Shown one piece after another: positions 1 to 8,032 of a DNA stretch of 33,075 nt. The translations under genes were made by a program, and so were the position numbers. The DNA lies in contig CAYMGR010000002.1 of the NCBI GenBank assembly GCA_964389985.1, forward strand, positions 1 through 33,075, read 5' to 3'. Source of the stretch: an uncultured Saprospiraceae bacterium. GTDB taxonomy: Bacteria; Bacteroidota; Bacteroidia; Chitinophagales; Saprospiraceae. The notes under the pieces are model-generated. The model did no database searches. It was given only the letters and a program-made list of their open reading frames with translations, and was not told the origin of the DNA. Positions within the stretch are counted from its first letter, which is position 1. The number at the start of each line of letters is the position of its first letter.

Positions 1-513
1 CAACTGTATAGGAACAAGGCTTGTTTCCCAGAGTAAGGTCAGACTTGCACTTTCATTTCGAATATCATAAATGTCAATCGTAAATGTTTCTATCGTAAAA
101 GGAATTAATTCCGGTACCACTTTAACATGGGCTACTTCCTTGGCAGGATCGTAGTTATCAGGCACCCCAGAAACAGTAATGTCATTATATAGCATAACTT
201 CCCAGCTATTTTCTCCAGGAATTGTAAACAATGCATAAGTCCCTTTGGCAACCTTGGTGCCGCCAAAATCCACGTCATCACTAAAACTAATTTTAGTACA
301 TGCATTCGCACCAGTACGCCAAATTTTTCCGTAAGGAACTAAATCTCCAAATACAATCCGGTTCTTTTTACTCGGTCTTGAATACTCAACATTGATGGTA
401 GCCAAGCCAATTTTCTGTTCAATTTTGGATACTGGGCTTGGAGCTGGAGTAGTAACTTGCCCATACAAGCCTGTAAATGAAGCAATTAAGGATAAAATAA
501 GCCATTTTTTCAT
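1..513 (-). CDS. DUF2911-family exported protein, partial (C-terminus lies beyond the window start)
   Basis: Absent from the supplied ORF track because it is open at the window edge. Reverse-strand ATG at 511-513 gives MKKWLILSLIASFTGLYGQ (signal peptide), then ...RIVFGDLVPYGKIWRTGANACTKISFSDDV...LLWETSLVPIQL. The frame stays open for 171 codons to position 1. I recognise the VPYGK-WRTGAN block from DUF2911 proteins. Confidence 0.8.
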   Translation of the reverse strand, partial: MKKWLILSLIASFTGLYGQVTTPAPSPVSKIEQKIGLATINVEYSRPSKKNRIVFGDLVPYGKIWRTGANACTKISFSDDVDFGGTKVAKGTYALFTIPGENSWEVMLYNDITVSGVPDNYDPAKEVAHVKVVPELIPFTIETFTIDIYDIRNESASLTLLWETSLVPIQL

Positions 514-601
514 AGTCTATGTTTTTATCAATAACAACAAAACCTTCAAATGGATGCAAAAAATTACTAAAAAATATATTATAAATATTAATAATATGTT
601 A

Positions 602-609
602 TACCTTTG
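602..609 (+). promoter_or_regulatory. Orphan Bacteroidota-type -7 box (TACCTTTG) with no annotated plus-strand gene downstream
   Basis: Exact match to TAnnTTTG in the 514-766 gap. The genes downstream (DUF721, recF) are on the opposite strand. A single match could be chance in AT-rich DNA. Confidence 0.3.
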
Positions 610-613
610 CCTC

Positions 614-639
614 ATTCGGATTAGCGAAATAATCTGAAT
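614..639. other. 10-bp stem / 6-nt loop hairpin (ATTCGGATTA-GCGAAA-TAATCTGAAT, one G-T wobble)
   Basis: Read directly from the sequence. Not followed by a T-tract on either strand, so it does not look like a terminator. It begins 5 nt downstream of the orphan -7 box. Confidence 0.5.
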
Positions 640-766
640 ACCAAAACCAGATTAAGAAAACTCAAAATTTAAGAAAATGGTAATTGCAACAACTTGCGTT
701 TTATGTTTTTTATTCAGTTGGTTTTTATTACAAATGAATATTTCAGAACAGGAGCAATAAATTTAT

Positions 767-1051
767 TTATTTGATTTCCAAACGCGTAATCAGATTTTCC
801 TTTAATGCTTCATTCAGCTGCTGAATGATTTGATCTTTTTTAAGATTGAGTTCGTATCTTAATGGTGCAGAACTAATCCAAACAATCAACAAGCCATCCT
901 TTAACTGATATTTGGTAGTATACCGAGCAATAGCCTTATACCGATCAACCCAAATGGCTTCAATTTTTTTATTAAGTAATTTTCCTTTCAGATGATTCTG
1001 ATCTGAAAACTGCTTTAATAAATCCTTGATCTTAGTTTCGTGATCACGCAT
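767..1051 (-). CDS. DUF721 (DciA-like) small protein
   Basis: 94-aa ORF. Its ATG (1049-1051) overlaps the recF stop (TGA, 1044-1046) by 8 nt, which is the conserved recF-DUF721 arrangement. Size and sequence (…IEAIWVD…LIVWISSAPLRYEL…) fit DUF721. Confidence 0.8.
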   Translation of the reverse strand: MRDHETKIKDLLKQFSDQNHLKGKLLNKKIEAIWVDRYKAIARYTTKYQLKDGLLIVWISSAPLRYELNLKKDQIIQQLNEALKENLITRLEIK

Positions 1052-2147
1052 CTTTGATAAGTTGATTCTCCTCTACTTTGTAAAAAAAACTTCTTTCATT
1101 TAAATCCAAAGCTAAATTCTGCACCCGACTTAAATGAGTGTCAGTAATAAAACATTGCTGAATCTTTTCGCCATTTAATAATAACAATAATTTTTCAACT
1201 CTAGTACTATCTAATTTAGCAAAGATATCATCTAATAAAACGATAGGAGATTTTAAGGTGCTCCGTTTTAGATATTCTAATTGTGCTAATTTAAGTGACA
1301 AGACTAATGTTTTAATTTGCCCTTGCGAACCAACTTGTGCTACTGGACGACCATTTATCAAACATTCCAGCTTGTCTTTGTGGATGCCTGTTTGGGTCGT
1401 GCCCAACAGAAAATCTAATTCACGTGATTTCAGAATTGCCTCCTCAAAATTTTCTGAACCCTTTGACACATACTGAAATTCTGTCTGCTCATTGAATCCA
1501 CAAATTTTGAAGCTGTATTGTTCTTGAATGGGTTTTAATTCATCCAAAAGTTGTTTCCGCTTTTGGTGGATTTGTTGATTATTCACAATCATAATATGAT
1601 CATATGAATCCAACAAAGTGGAATCCATTCTACCAACTTTCTTCATCTGCTTTAAAGCCGCATTCCGCTGCTTTAATAAGCGCATATAACTGGATAAACT
1701 TTCAAAATAATCCGAATCTGTTTGAATTAAGGTTTGGTTTAAGAATTTCCGGCGTTCTTCCTGCTCGTGTGTAAATTGATATATTTCATCCGGGGCGATC
1801 ATTACAACAGGAACCTTACTGATATGATCGACCAATTTTTCAACTTTCATCTGATCCCAAAAAATTTCTTTGGTCCCTCCCCTTTTAAATTTAATATCCA
1901 GACTATTGAGTTTGGAGGATTCCAGGATTTTAGCTTCCAATCTGAAAAAATCTTCACCGTAATGAATTAAATCATTATCCTTTGTTTTGCGAATGCTCCT
2001 TACCATACTGAGGTAATAAATAGCATCCAGAAAATTGGTTTTTCCGGCACCATTCTTGCCGGTTATAAAATGAAAACCCGGACTCAATGGGAGTCGAACG
2101 TCCTGGAAATTTTTAAAATTAAACAGTCTTAATTCTTGAAAAATCAA
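1044..2147 (-). CDS. recF: DNA replication/repair protein RecF
   Basis: LRLFNFKNF N-terminus, Walker A GKNGAGKTN, and an SMC-like signature and Walker B region (…SQGQIKTL…VLLDDIFAKLD). The longest ORF starts at TTG 2184-2186. I prefer the in-frame TTG at 2145-2147 (MIFQELRLFNFKNF), which matches the usual RecF N-terminus and lies 17 nt downstream of a near-consensus -7 box (TAGCTTTA, 2165-2172, minus strand). The start is uncertain. Confidence 0.93.
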   Translation of the reverse strand: MIFQELRLFNFKNFQDVRLPLSPGFHFITGKNGAGKTNFLDAIYYLSMVRSIRKTKDNDLIHYGEDFFRLEAKILESSKLNSLDIKFKRGGTKEIFWDQMKVEKLVDHISKVPVVMIAPDEIYQFTHEQEERRKFLNQTLIQTDSDYFESLSSYMRLLKQRNAALKQMKKVGRMDSTLLDSYDHIMIVNNQQIHQKRKQLLDELKPIQEQYSFKICGFNEQTEFQYVSKGSENFEEAILKSRELDFLLGTTQTGIHKDKLECLINGRPVAQVGSQGQIKTLVLSLKLAQLEYLKRSTLKSPIVLLDDIFAKLDSTRVEKLLLLLNGEKIQQCFITDTHLSRVQNLALDLNERSFFYKVEENQLIKDA

Positions 2148-2231
2148 ATCAATGGTATAAACCGTAAAGCTAAAATGTCTGTTCAATTAAATAATCATTG
2201 AGAATAAGAATCTTTAATTGAATGATGCTTT

Positions 2232-2239
2232 TAATTTTG
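2232..2239 (+). promoter_or_regulatory. -7 promoter box TAATTTTG for the S9 peptidase gene
   Basis: Exact TAnnTTTG, 18 nt upstream of ATG 2258. Confidence 0.5.
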
Positions 2240-2257
2240 AGGTCTAAAATAGATAAA

Positions 2258-4264
2258 ATGCGATTTTTAATAGCCTTTGTTGTATTCCTTCCAGTGCTTA
2301 TTTCTGCACAAAATCTCATGACCCCGGAAATTTTGTGGTCCTTGGGCAGGGTTAATGGTGAAGCTTTGTCCCGTGATGGCAAGACACTCTACTACACCGT
2401 CACTTATTATGATGCAAGTAAAAATAAAGGCAACACCCAACTATATTCTATGGATCTGCTTTCCGGTTCGGCTCAAAATGTATCACAAGCAGAATCTTAT
2501 GCCGGAAATGCGTGTTTTGACAGTGGTGGAAACTTAATCTATTCCAAAGACGGCCAAATGTACCATCAATTATTACAAAAAAGCCTGGGAATCAATCAAT
2601 TAGAATATTCAAATCTACAACCCTCTCCAAATGGGCAATGGATGGCTTTTTCAAGATCAGTAAAGATCAATACACCTAAGGCTGATCTCTATCCAGATTT
2701 ACCCAAATCAACTGCATTGATATATGATGATTTAATGTTTCGTCATTGGAATGTTTGGGAAGATGGGTATGCCAATCATATATTTTATGGCCGAATGTCT
2801 CCAGATGGGATTTTAAACGAAAAGGATATCCTATATGGAGAAGCTTTCGATGCTCCAACCATGCCCGATGGAGGCACTGAAGATATGACCTGGAGCACAG
2901 ATAGTAAATTTATTGCCTATGTAGCTGTTAAAAAAACCGGCAAAGAGTACGCTGTCAGCACAAATTCAGACATTTATTTATATGAACTGGCAAGTGGCAA
3001 AACGCGAAACTTAACGGAAGGCATGATGGGTTATGATAAAAACCCTCAATTTTCTCCTGATGGAAGATACCTTGCCTGGACCAGTATGGCTCGTGACGGG
3101 AATGAATCGGACAAAAATGAAGTATTTTTATTAGATTTAAAATCAATGACCAAGCGAAATCTCACCCTTAATTGGGATGAGACCGTTAATCAGATCTTGT
3201 GGAACAAAAATTCAAAAAACTTATTTGTTACAGCCCCGTTTCGTGGTACCGTCCAAATTTTTTCAATTGAAATACCTGTCAATGTAGATCAGAAAACCAA
3301 TATTCTCCAAATCTCTAAAACAGAACACGATTACAGTAATTTAATAGGAGTCGGCACGCAATCCATATATTGTCACAGGACAGACATGAATCATGCGGTT
3401 GAAATTTACTCTGTCGATTTAAATAATGGTGAAGCAAAACAACTCACCAATGTCAATGGGGCTGTTTATGAGAAAATCAAAATGCCTTTAATTACAAAAA
3501 GATGGATTAAAACGAGTGATGGTAAAAACATGTTAAGTTGGGTCATCTTACCTCCAGATTTTGACTCCACCAAAAAGTACCCCACACTCCTGTATTGCCA
3601 GGGCGGCCCTCAGTCTGCTTTAAGTCAATTTTATTCCTTTCGATGGAATTTTCAATTGATGGCATCAAATGGATATATTATTGTTGCTCCAAATCGAAGA
3701 GGAATGCCCGGATGGGGTAAATTATGGAATGAACAAATTTCCGGTGATTGGGGCGGACAGTGTATGAAAGATTATCTTGCTGCAATTGATCAGGTTTCGG
3801 AATCTGCTTACGTTGATAAAACACGCAGAGCCGCTGTAGGGGCTAGTTTTGGTGGTTATTCGGTATTTATGTTGGCAGGGATCCATAAAAATAGATTTAA
3901 AAGTTTTATTTCACATTGCGGAACTTATAACCTGGAATCCTGGTATGGGAGTACTGAAGAATTATGGTTTGCTAATAATGATTTAAAGGGTCCTTATTGG
4001 GCTAAAAAGAAATCAAAATCTTATGAGAAGCACTCTCCCCATAAATTCATAAACAATTGGAATAAGCCTATCTTAATTATCCAGGGTGGTAAAGATTACA
4101 GAATACCCGATACTCAAGCTTTTGAAGCCTTTACAGCCGCTAGAATGCATGATATTAAATCAAGATTACTTTATATTCCTGATGAAGGACATCACATTCT
4201 TAAAATTCAAAATGGGCTGGTCTGGCAGCATGAATTTTATCGCTGGCTTAAAGAGACCCTTTAA
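2258..4264 (+). CDS. S9-family serine peptidase (prolyl oligopeptidase / dipeptidyl-peptidase type) with N-terminal beta-propeller, exported
   Basis: Signal peptide MRFLIAFVVFLPVLISAQ. PD40/TolB-like propeller repeats (SPDGK, SPNGQ, SPDGR). C-terminal alpha/beta-hydrolase domain with nucleophile elbow GASFGGY, Asp in GGKDYRIP and His in DEGHHI. The track ORF starts at 2222, but a TAATTTTG -7 box at 2232-2239 favours the ATG at 2258. Confidence 0.92.
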   Translation: MRFLIAFVVFLPVLISAQNLMTPEILWSLGRVNGEALSRDGKTLYYTVTYYDASKNKGNTQLYSMDLLSGSAQNVSQAESYAGNACFDSGGNLIYSKDGQMYHQLLQKSLGINQLEYSNLQPSPNGQWMAFSRSVKINTPKADLYPDLPKSTALIYDDLMFRHWNVWEDGYANHIFYGRMSPDGILNEKDILYGEAFDAPTMPDGGTEDMTWSTDSKFIAYVAVKKTGKEYAVSTNSDIYLYELASGKTRNLTEGMMGYDKNPQFSPDGRYLAWTSMARDGNESDKNEVFLLDLKSMTKRNLTLNWDETVNQILWNKNSKNLFVTAPFRGTVQIFSIEIPVNVDQKTNILQISKTEHDYSNLIGVGTQSIYCHRTDMNHAVEIYSVDLNNGEAKQLTNVNGAVYEKIKMPLITKRWIKTSDGKNMLSWVILPPDFDSTKKYPTLLYCQGGPQSALSQFYSFRWNFQLMASNGYIIVAPNRRGMPGWGKLWNEQISGDWGGQCMKDYLAAIDQVSESAYVDKTRRAAVGASFGGYSVFMLAGIHKNRFKSFISHCGTYNLESWYGSTEELWFANNDLKGPYWAKKKSKSYEKHSPHKFINNWNKPILIIQGGKDYRIPDTQAFEAFTAARMHDIKSRLLYIPDEGHHILKIQNGLVWQHEFYRWLKETL

Positions 4265-4269
4265 ATCAT

Positions 4270-4277
4270 TATTTTTG
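4270..4277 (+). promoter_or_regulatory. -7 promoter box TATTTTTG for pdhA
   Basis: Exact TAnnTTTG, 15 nt upstream of ATG 4293. Confidence 0.5.
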
Positions 4278-4292
4278 ACCAAATATTAAGAT

Positions 4293-5330
4293 ATGCCCGA
4301 AATTTTAACGGCCGAAAAATCCAAGAAAAACAATAAGCAGGTAACTGCTTTTTCAAAGGACACCTGGTTATTATGGTATGAGACCATGCTAAGGATTCGT
4401 CGATTTGAGGAACGGACACTCATGCTTTATTCACAACAGAAAATAAGAGGTTTTTGTCATGTCTATATAGGTCAGGAAGCTATTGCAGCAGGAATGGTCA
4501 CTGCAATTAGTAAAGATGACGCAGTTGTTACTGCATATCGACAACATGGCAATGCTATATCAAGGGGCATTCCGACAAAATTATGCATGGCCGAATTATT
4601 TGGCAAAAAGACAGGCGTTGTTAAGGGTAAAGGGGGTTCCATGCATTTTTTCTCAAAAGAGCATCGCTTTTTTGGTGGTAACGGCATCGTAGGTGCCCAA
4701 ATTCCGATTGGAACTGGAATCGCATTTGCAGAAAAATATAAGGGTACCAATCATTTATGTGTGACTATGTTTGGTGACGGAGCTGCAAGACAAGGAGCTC
4801 TTTATGAGTCATTTAATATGGCAATGAGTTGGAAATTACCCGTTTTATATATTGTTGAAAATAATGGTTATGCCATGGGTACTTCCGTGAGTCGAACTAG
4901 TAATGTTGAAGAATTGTACAAAATAGGGCGTGCATTTGATATGCCCTCAGAAGTAGTAGATGGTATGAATCCAGAAACCGTCCATTTAGGGCTCGCCAAA
5001 GCTGCCGCTCATATACGCGCAGGTAACGGACCCTATTTTCTTGAAATAAAAACCTATCGATATCGGGGTCATTCCGTTTCCGATCCCGGAAATTACAGAT
5101 CTAAAGAAGAAGTCGAACAATATAAAACTCTGGACCCATTGCTTGTGACCGAGTCAAAGATTATTAATCAAAAAATTGCCCTCCAATCTGAATTAGACCA
5201 AATAAATGAAAAAATCAAATTGGAAATTGATGAAGCGGTAGAATTTGCTGAAAATTCTGAATTCCCTGGCCCGGAGGGTCTTTATGAAGACAATTATATC
5301 GAATCAGACTATCCTTATATTCGGGACTAG
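4293..5330 (+). CDS. pdhA: Pyruvate dehydrogenase (acetyl-transferring) E1 component, alpha subunit
   Basis: 345 aa. ThDP-binding block MFGDGAARQGALYESFNMAMSWKLPVLYIVENNGYAMGT, plus the YRYRGHSVSDP motif typical of heterotetrameric E1-alpha. Confidence 0.93.
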   Translation: MPEILTAEKSKKNNKQVTAFSKDTWLLWYETMLRIRRFEERTLMLYSQQKIRGFCHVYIGQEAIAAGMVTAISKDDAVVTAYRQHGNAISRGIPTKLCMAELFGKKTGVVKGKGGSMHFFSKEHRFFGGNGIVGAQIPIGTGIAFAEKYKGTNHLCVTMFGDGAARQGALYESFNMAMSWKLPVLYIVENNGYAMGTSVSRTSNVEELYKIGRAFDMPSEVVDGMNPETVHLGLAKAAAHIRAGNGPYFLEIKTYRYRGHSVSDPGNYRSKEEVEQYKTLDPLLVTESKIINQKIALQSELDQINEKIKLEIDEAVEFAENSEFPGPEGLYEDNYIESDYPYIRD

Positions 5331-5377
5331 TTAACATAGAACCCATTAATAATTGGTCTGAATTGAACTCCATGTAT

Positions 5378-5385
5378 TAGTTTTG
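5378..5385 (+). promoter_or_regulatory. -7 promoter box TAGTTTTG for the TPR-ribH-MBL operon
   Basis: Exact TAnnTTTG, 25 nt upstream of ATG 5411. Confidence 0.5.
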
Positions 5386-5410
5386 CGGAGTTTTTTAATA
5401 AATAGATAGT

Positions 5411-6121
5411 ATGGCTAAAGGATATCGTTCTGGTGTAACCCCAAAAAATCTTAGAACAGCTCAGTCAAAAGATGAGACCTTAATAGACATTGGGCAGGTT
5501 AAACATCAGGCAGAAGATTTTTATGAAAAACATAAAATGACCATTCTGGGCGGTCTGGGCGTCTTGGTGGTGCTTATTGGCGGCTGGTTATTATACAAGT
5601 TTATGTATCAGGAACCCAAAAATACCGAAGCACTTGAACAATTATACCAAGCAGAATTTTTATTTGAAAAAGACTCCTTCGATATGGCTTTAAACAACCC
5701 AGGAGGGGGCTTTGCTGGTTTTGCAGAATTATCAGAGACCTATTCTTCAACAGCAGCTGGCAATTTGGCCAAATATTATGCTGGAATTTGCTGCCTGAAT
5801 TTACATAAATATGAAGAAGCCAAGTCCTATCTTGAAAGCTACAGTGCGTCTGGAGAGCTCATGAATACTCTAAAAAACGGGGCTCTTGGAGATGTGTACG
5901 CCGAGTTGAAAGAGTTTGATAAAGCTTTAAAGTTTTATGAGAAAGCTGCCAGTTCTGAAAACGAATTTTTGACTCCGGTCAATTTGAAAAAAATTGGCAT
6001 CCTTAAAGAAAAACTTGGCGACAAAGAAGGAGCCTTGAAAGCCTACAAGGAAATAAAAGAAAAATACTCTGAATCTCCAGATGGAAATAATATAGATAAG
6101 TATATTATTCCTTTGGAATAA
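5411..6121 (+). CDS. Membrane-anchored tetratricopeptide-repeat protein (YfgM-like), conserved upstream partner of ribH in Bacteroidota
   Basis: 236 aa with a single N-terminal TM helix (ILGGLGVLVVLIGGWLLY) followed by TPR-like repeats (AKYYAGICCLNLHKYEEAKSYLE; GDVYAELKEFDKALKFYEKA). Lies 10 nt upstream of ribH. Confidence 0.8.
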   Translation: MAKGYRSGVTPKNLRTAQSKDETLIDIGQVKHQAEDFYEKHKMTILGGLGVLVVLIGGWLLYKFMYQEPKNTEALEQLYQAEFLFEKDSFDMALNNPGGGFAGFAELSETYSSTAAGNLAKYYAGICCLNLHKYEEAKSYLESYSASGELMNTLKNGALGDVYAELKEFDKALKFYEKAASSENEFLTPVNLKKIGILKEKLGDKEGALKAYKEIKEKYSESPDGNNIDKYIIPLE

Positions 6122-6131
6122 TCTAAATCTT

Positions 6132-6644
6132 ATGGCTGGAACCTTGCCCAGCTTGAGCAATTTGAGCATCCAGGAAATATCAGGAGCAAAAAACTTCAGA
6201 TATGCAATTCTTTCTGCTTTGTGGCATTTAGATGTAACGGAACAACTTGTTAAGGGTTCCCTTGAAATTCTTAAGGCCTGCAAAGTTCCAAACGATTCCA
6301 TTCTGATTGAAACTGTTCCAGGATCATTTGAATTACCTCTGGCAGCAAATTATATCCTTCAGTCAAACTTAGCTGATGCGGTTATTTGTTTGGGCTGTAT
6401 CATTCAAGGTGAAACAAAGCATGACGAAATCATCGCGAATACTGTTTCTCAGGCTTGTATGCAATTAAGTATTCAGTTTGCAAAACCAGTAATTTTTGGG
6501 GTACTTACCGTCCATAATCTCGAACAAGCACTTGAACGCTCGGGGGGTAAATTTGGCAATAAAGGATGCGAAGCGGCCATTGCTGCTATAAAAATGCTTG
6601 AACTACATAATCGACTTCATGACAATTTAAAGAAACCAAAATGA
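6132..6644 (+). CDS. ribH: 6,7-dimethyl-8-ribityllumazine synthase
   Basis: 170 aa. …RYAILSALWH…ETVPGSFELPLAA…VICLGCIIQGETKHDEII…VIFGVLT…A..R.G…NKG.EAA matches the lumazine synthase pattern. Confidence 0.93.
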   Translation: MAGTLPSLSNLSIQEISGAKNFRYAILSALWHLDVTEQLVKGSLEILKACKVPNDSILIETVPGSFELPLAANYILQSNLADAVICLGCIIQGETKHDEIIANTVSQACMQLSIQFAKPVIFGVLTVHNLEQALERSGGKFGNKGCEAAIAAIKMLELHNRLHDNLKKPK

Positions 6645-7486
6645 TTAAGTCCCTAAAGTCTATTCATAATGGTTATTTCAAATTGGATGGAGGTGCCATG
6701 TTTGGTGTTGTACCCAAATCCATGTGGTCTAAATTAAACCCACCAGACGAAAAAAACTTATGCACCTGGTCTTTGAGGTGTTTACTGATAGAAATGGAAA
6801 ACAAATTGATCTTGGTTGATTGTGGAATGGGAGAAAAACAAGATGATAAATTTAGATCGTTTTTTGAACCTCATGGAAATACGAATCTCCTCTCAGTCCT
6901 TTCAGATCAAGGGATTCAAGCTGAAGATATCACGGATGTTTTCTTAACACATTTGCATTTTGATCATTGTGGAGGAGCTGTATACAGGGATCAAAACAAC
7001 CAGTTGATTCCAAGTTTCCCTAATGCAGTTTATTGGTCGAATGAAAGACATTGGGACTGGGCAATGAATCCAAATGATCGTGAACGGGCCTCCTTTCTAA
7101 AAGAAAATTTTATTCCCCTACTAGAAAATGGTCAACTTCGTTTTATTGAATCAGATAAAAACACCCTGGAATGGTTACCAGGAATTGTTATTCGATTTAG
7201 CTATGGTCATACAGAAGCTATGATGACACTTGAAATTGAATGGAATGATCAGAAATATATTTATTGCGCTGATTTACTCCCCTCTTCTTTTCATATTTCT
7301 ATGCCTTATATCATGGCTTATGATGTTCGACCCTTGGTTTCGCTACAAGAAAAAGAATTTTTATTAAGACAAGCAGTTGACCACAACCACATATTGATTC
7401 TGGAACATGATCCTATTGTAGGAGCAGTCACCGTAAAATATGATGATCGAGGTCGCATTGTCATGGATCGGGTCATCCCAATTTAA
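6641..7486 (+). CDS. MBL-fold metallo-hydrolase
   Basis: 281 aa with the metallo-beta-lactamase motif THLHFDHCGG and downstream His/Asp ligands (YGHTEAM, CADLL, LEHD). Its start overlaps the ribH stop (ATGA, 6641-6644). Confidence 0.88.
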   Translation: MIKSLKSIHNGYFKLDGGAMFGVVPKSMWSKLNPPDEKNLCTWSLRCLLIEMENKLILVDCGMGEKQDDKFRSFFEPHGNTNLLSVLSDQGIQAEDITDVFLTHLHFDHCGGAVYRDQNNQLIPSFPNAVYWSNERHWDWAMNPNDRERASFLKENFIPLLENGQLRFIESDKNTLEWLPGIVIRFSYGHTEAMMTLEIEWNDQKYIYCADLLPSSFHISMPYIMAYDVRPLVSLQEKEFLLRQAVDHNHILILEHDPIVGAVTVKYDDRGRIVMDRVIPI

Positions 7487-7489
7487 TGA

Positions 7490-8032
7490 TTAAGGTTTCC
7501 AAAAAACTTCCTGCACGTCTTCCAGATGATTTAGATATCTGGCCAGAACAAAAAGATAATCCGATAGGCGATTGAGATAAATAATTATTTCCTGATTGAC
7601 AGATTCCAATTGGGTTAATGACACCACACGGCGCTCCGCTCTTCTGCAAATGGTACGAGAAATATGAGCTTGAGAACTACTGTTGGAACCGCCAGGTAAA
7701 ATAAAAAAATTCAAAGGAGTTAAGTCCTTTTCCATGAGGTCAATTTGCTTTTCGAGCAGGATGGTTTCATTGGGATTGATCTCAGGAACTTTCAAGTTCT
7801 TTTGTTCTGGGTCAGCTGCTAAATTCGAGCCTAAAACAAATAAATACGATTGAATCGCTAATAGTTGATCTTTAATTTTTTGATGTCCTACCATACTATT
7901 TAATAAGCCTAGGTTTGAATTCAATTCGTCCAAGGTACCATACGCTTCGATGCGGAGATCATCCTTAGAAATTCGGCGTCCACCAAATAAGGAAGTAGAT
8001 CCCTGATCACCGGTTTTTGTATAGATTTTCAT
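7490..8032 (-). CDS. PduO-type ATP:cob(I)alamin adenosyltransferase
   Basis: 180 aa. The N-terminus [25 protein letters not shown] and …ICRRAERR… are hallmarks of the PduO/MMAB family. Its start overlaps the stop of the upstream ABC ATPase by 1 nt (TAATG). Confidence 0.92.
   Translation of the reverse strand: MKIYTKTGDQGSTSLFGGRRISKDDLRIEAYGTLDELNSNLGLLNSMVGHQKIKDQLLAIQSYLFVLGSNLAADPEQKNLKVPEINPNETILLEKQIDLMEKDLTPLNFFILPGGSNSSSQAHISRTICRRAERRVVSLTQLESVNQEIIIYLNRLSDYLFVLARYLNHLEDVQEVFWKP

Noticed and set aside
392-637. 81-aa plus-strand ORF at the left end
   Set aside because: Most of it is antisense to the DUF2911 gene's signal-peptide region (1-513, minus strand), and the rest runs through promoter-like AT-rich DNA. 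The DUF2911 reading frame carries clear family motifs; this one carries none.
1044-2186. recF as a marker of the replication origin (dnaA-dnaN-recF-gyrB neighbourhood), and a search for DnaA boxes
   Set aside because: dnaA, dnaN and gyrB are not in the window, and I saw no cluster of TTATCCACA-like boxes. The only near match noticed is a lone TTATCCTCA at 25155-25163. In Bacteroidota recF is commonly unlinked to oriC.
5331-6131. FMN riboswitch upstream of ribH, and a cobalamin riboswitch near the PduO-type adenosyltransferase (7490-8032)
   Set aside because: ribH is 10 nt from the preceding gene, and the 80-nt region upstream of the TPR gene is too short and lacks the conserved FMN-element helices. 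The adenosyltransferase start overlaps the upstream ABC ATPase stop, which leaves no leader.
5927-6301. 124-aa minus-strand ORF spanning the TPR-gene end and the ribH start
   Set aside because: It lies entirely antisense to two well-supported genes with recognisable motifs. The translation is low-complexity and Phe/Lys-rich, as expected from reading AT-rich coding DNA backwards. No start context or family resemblance.
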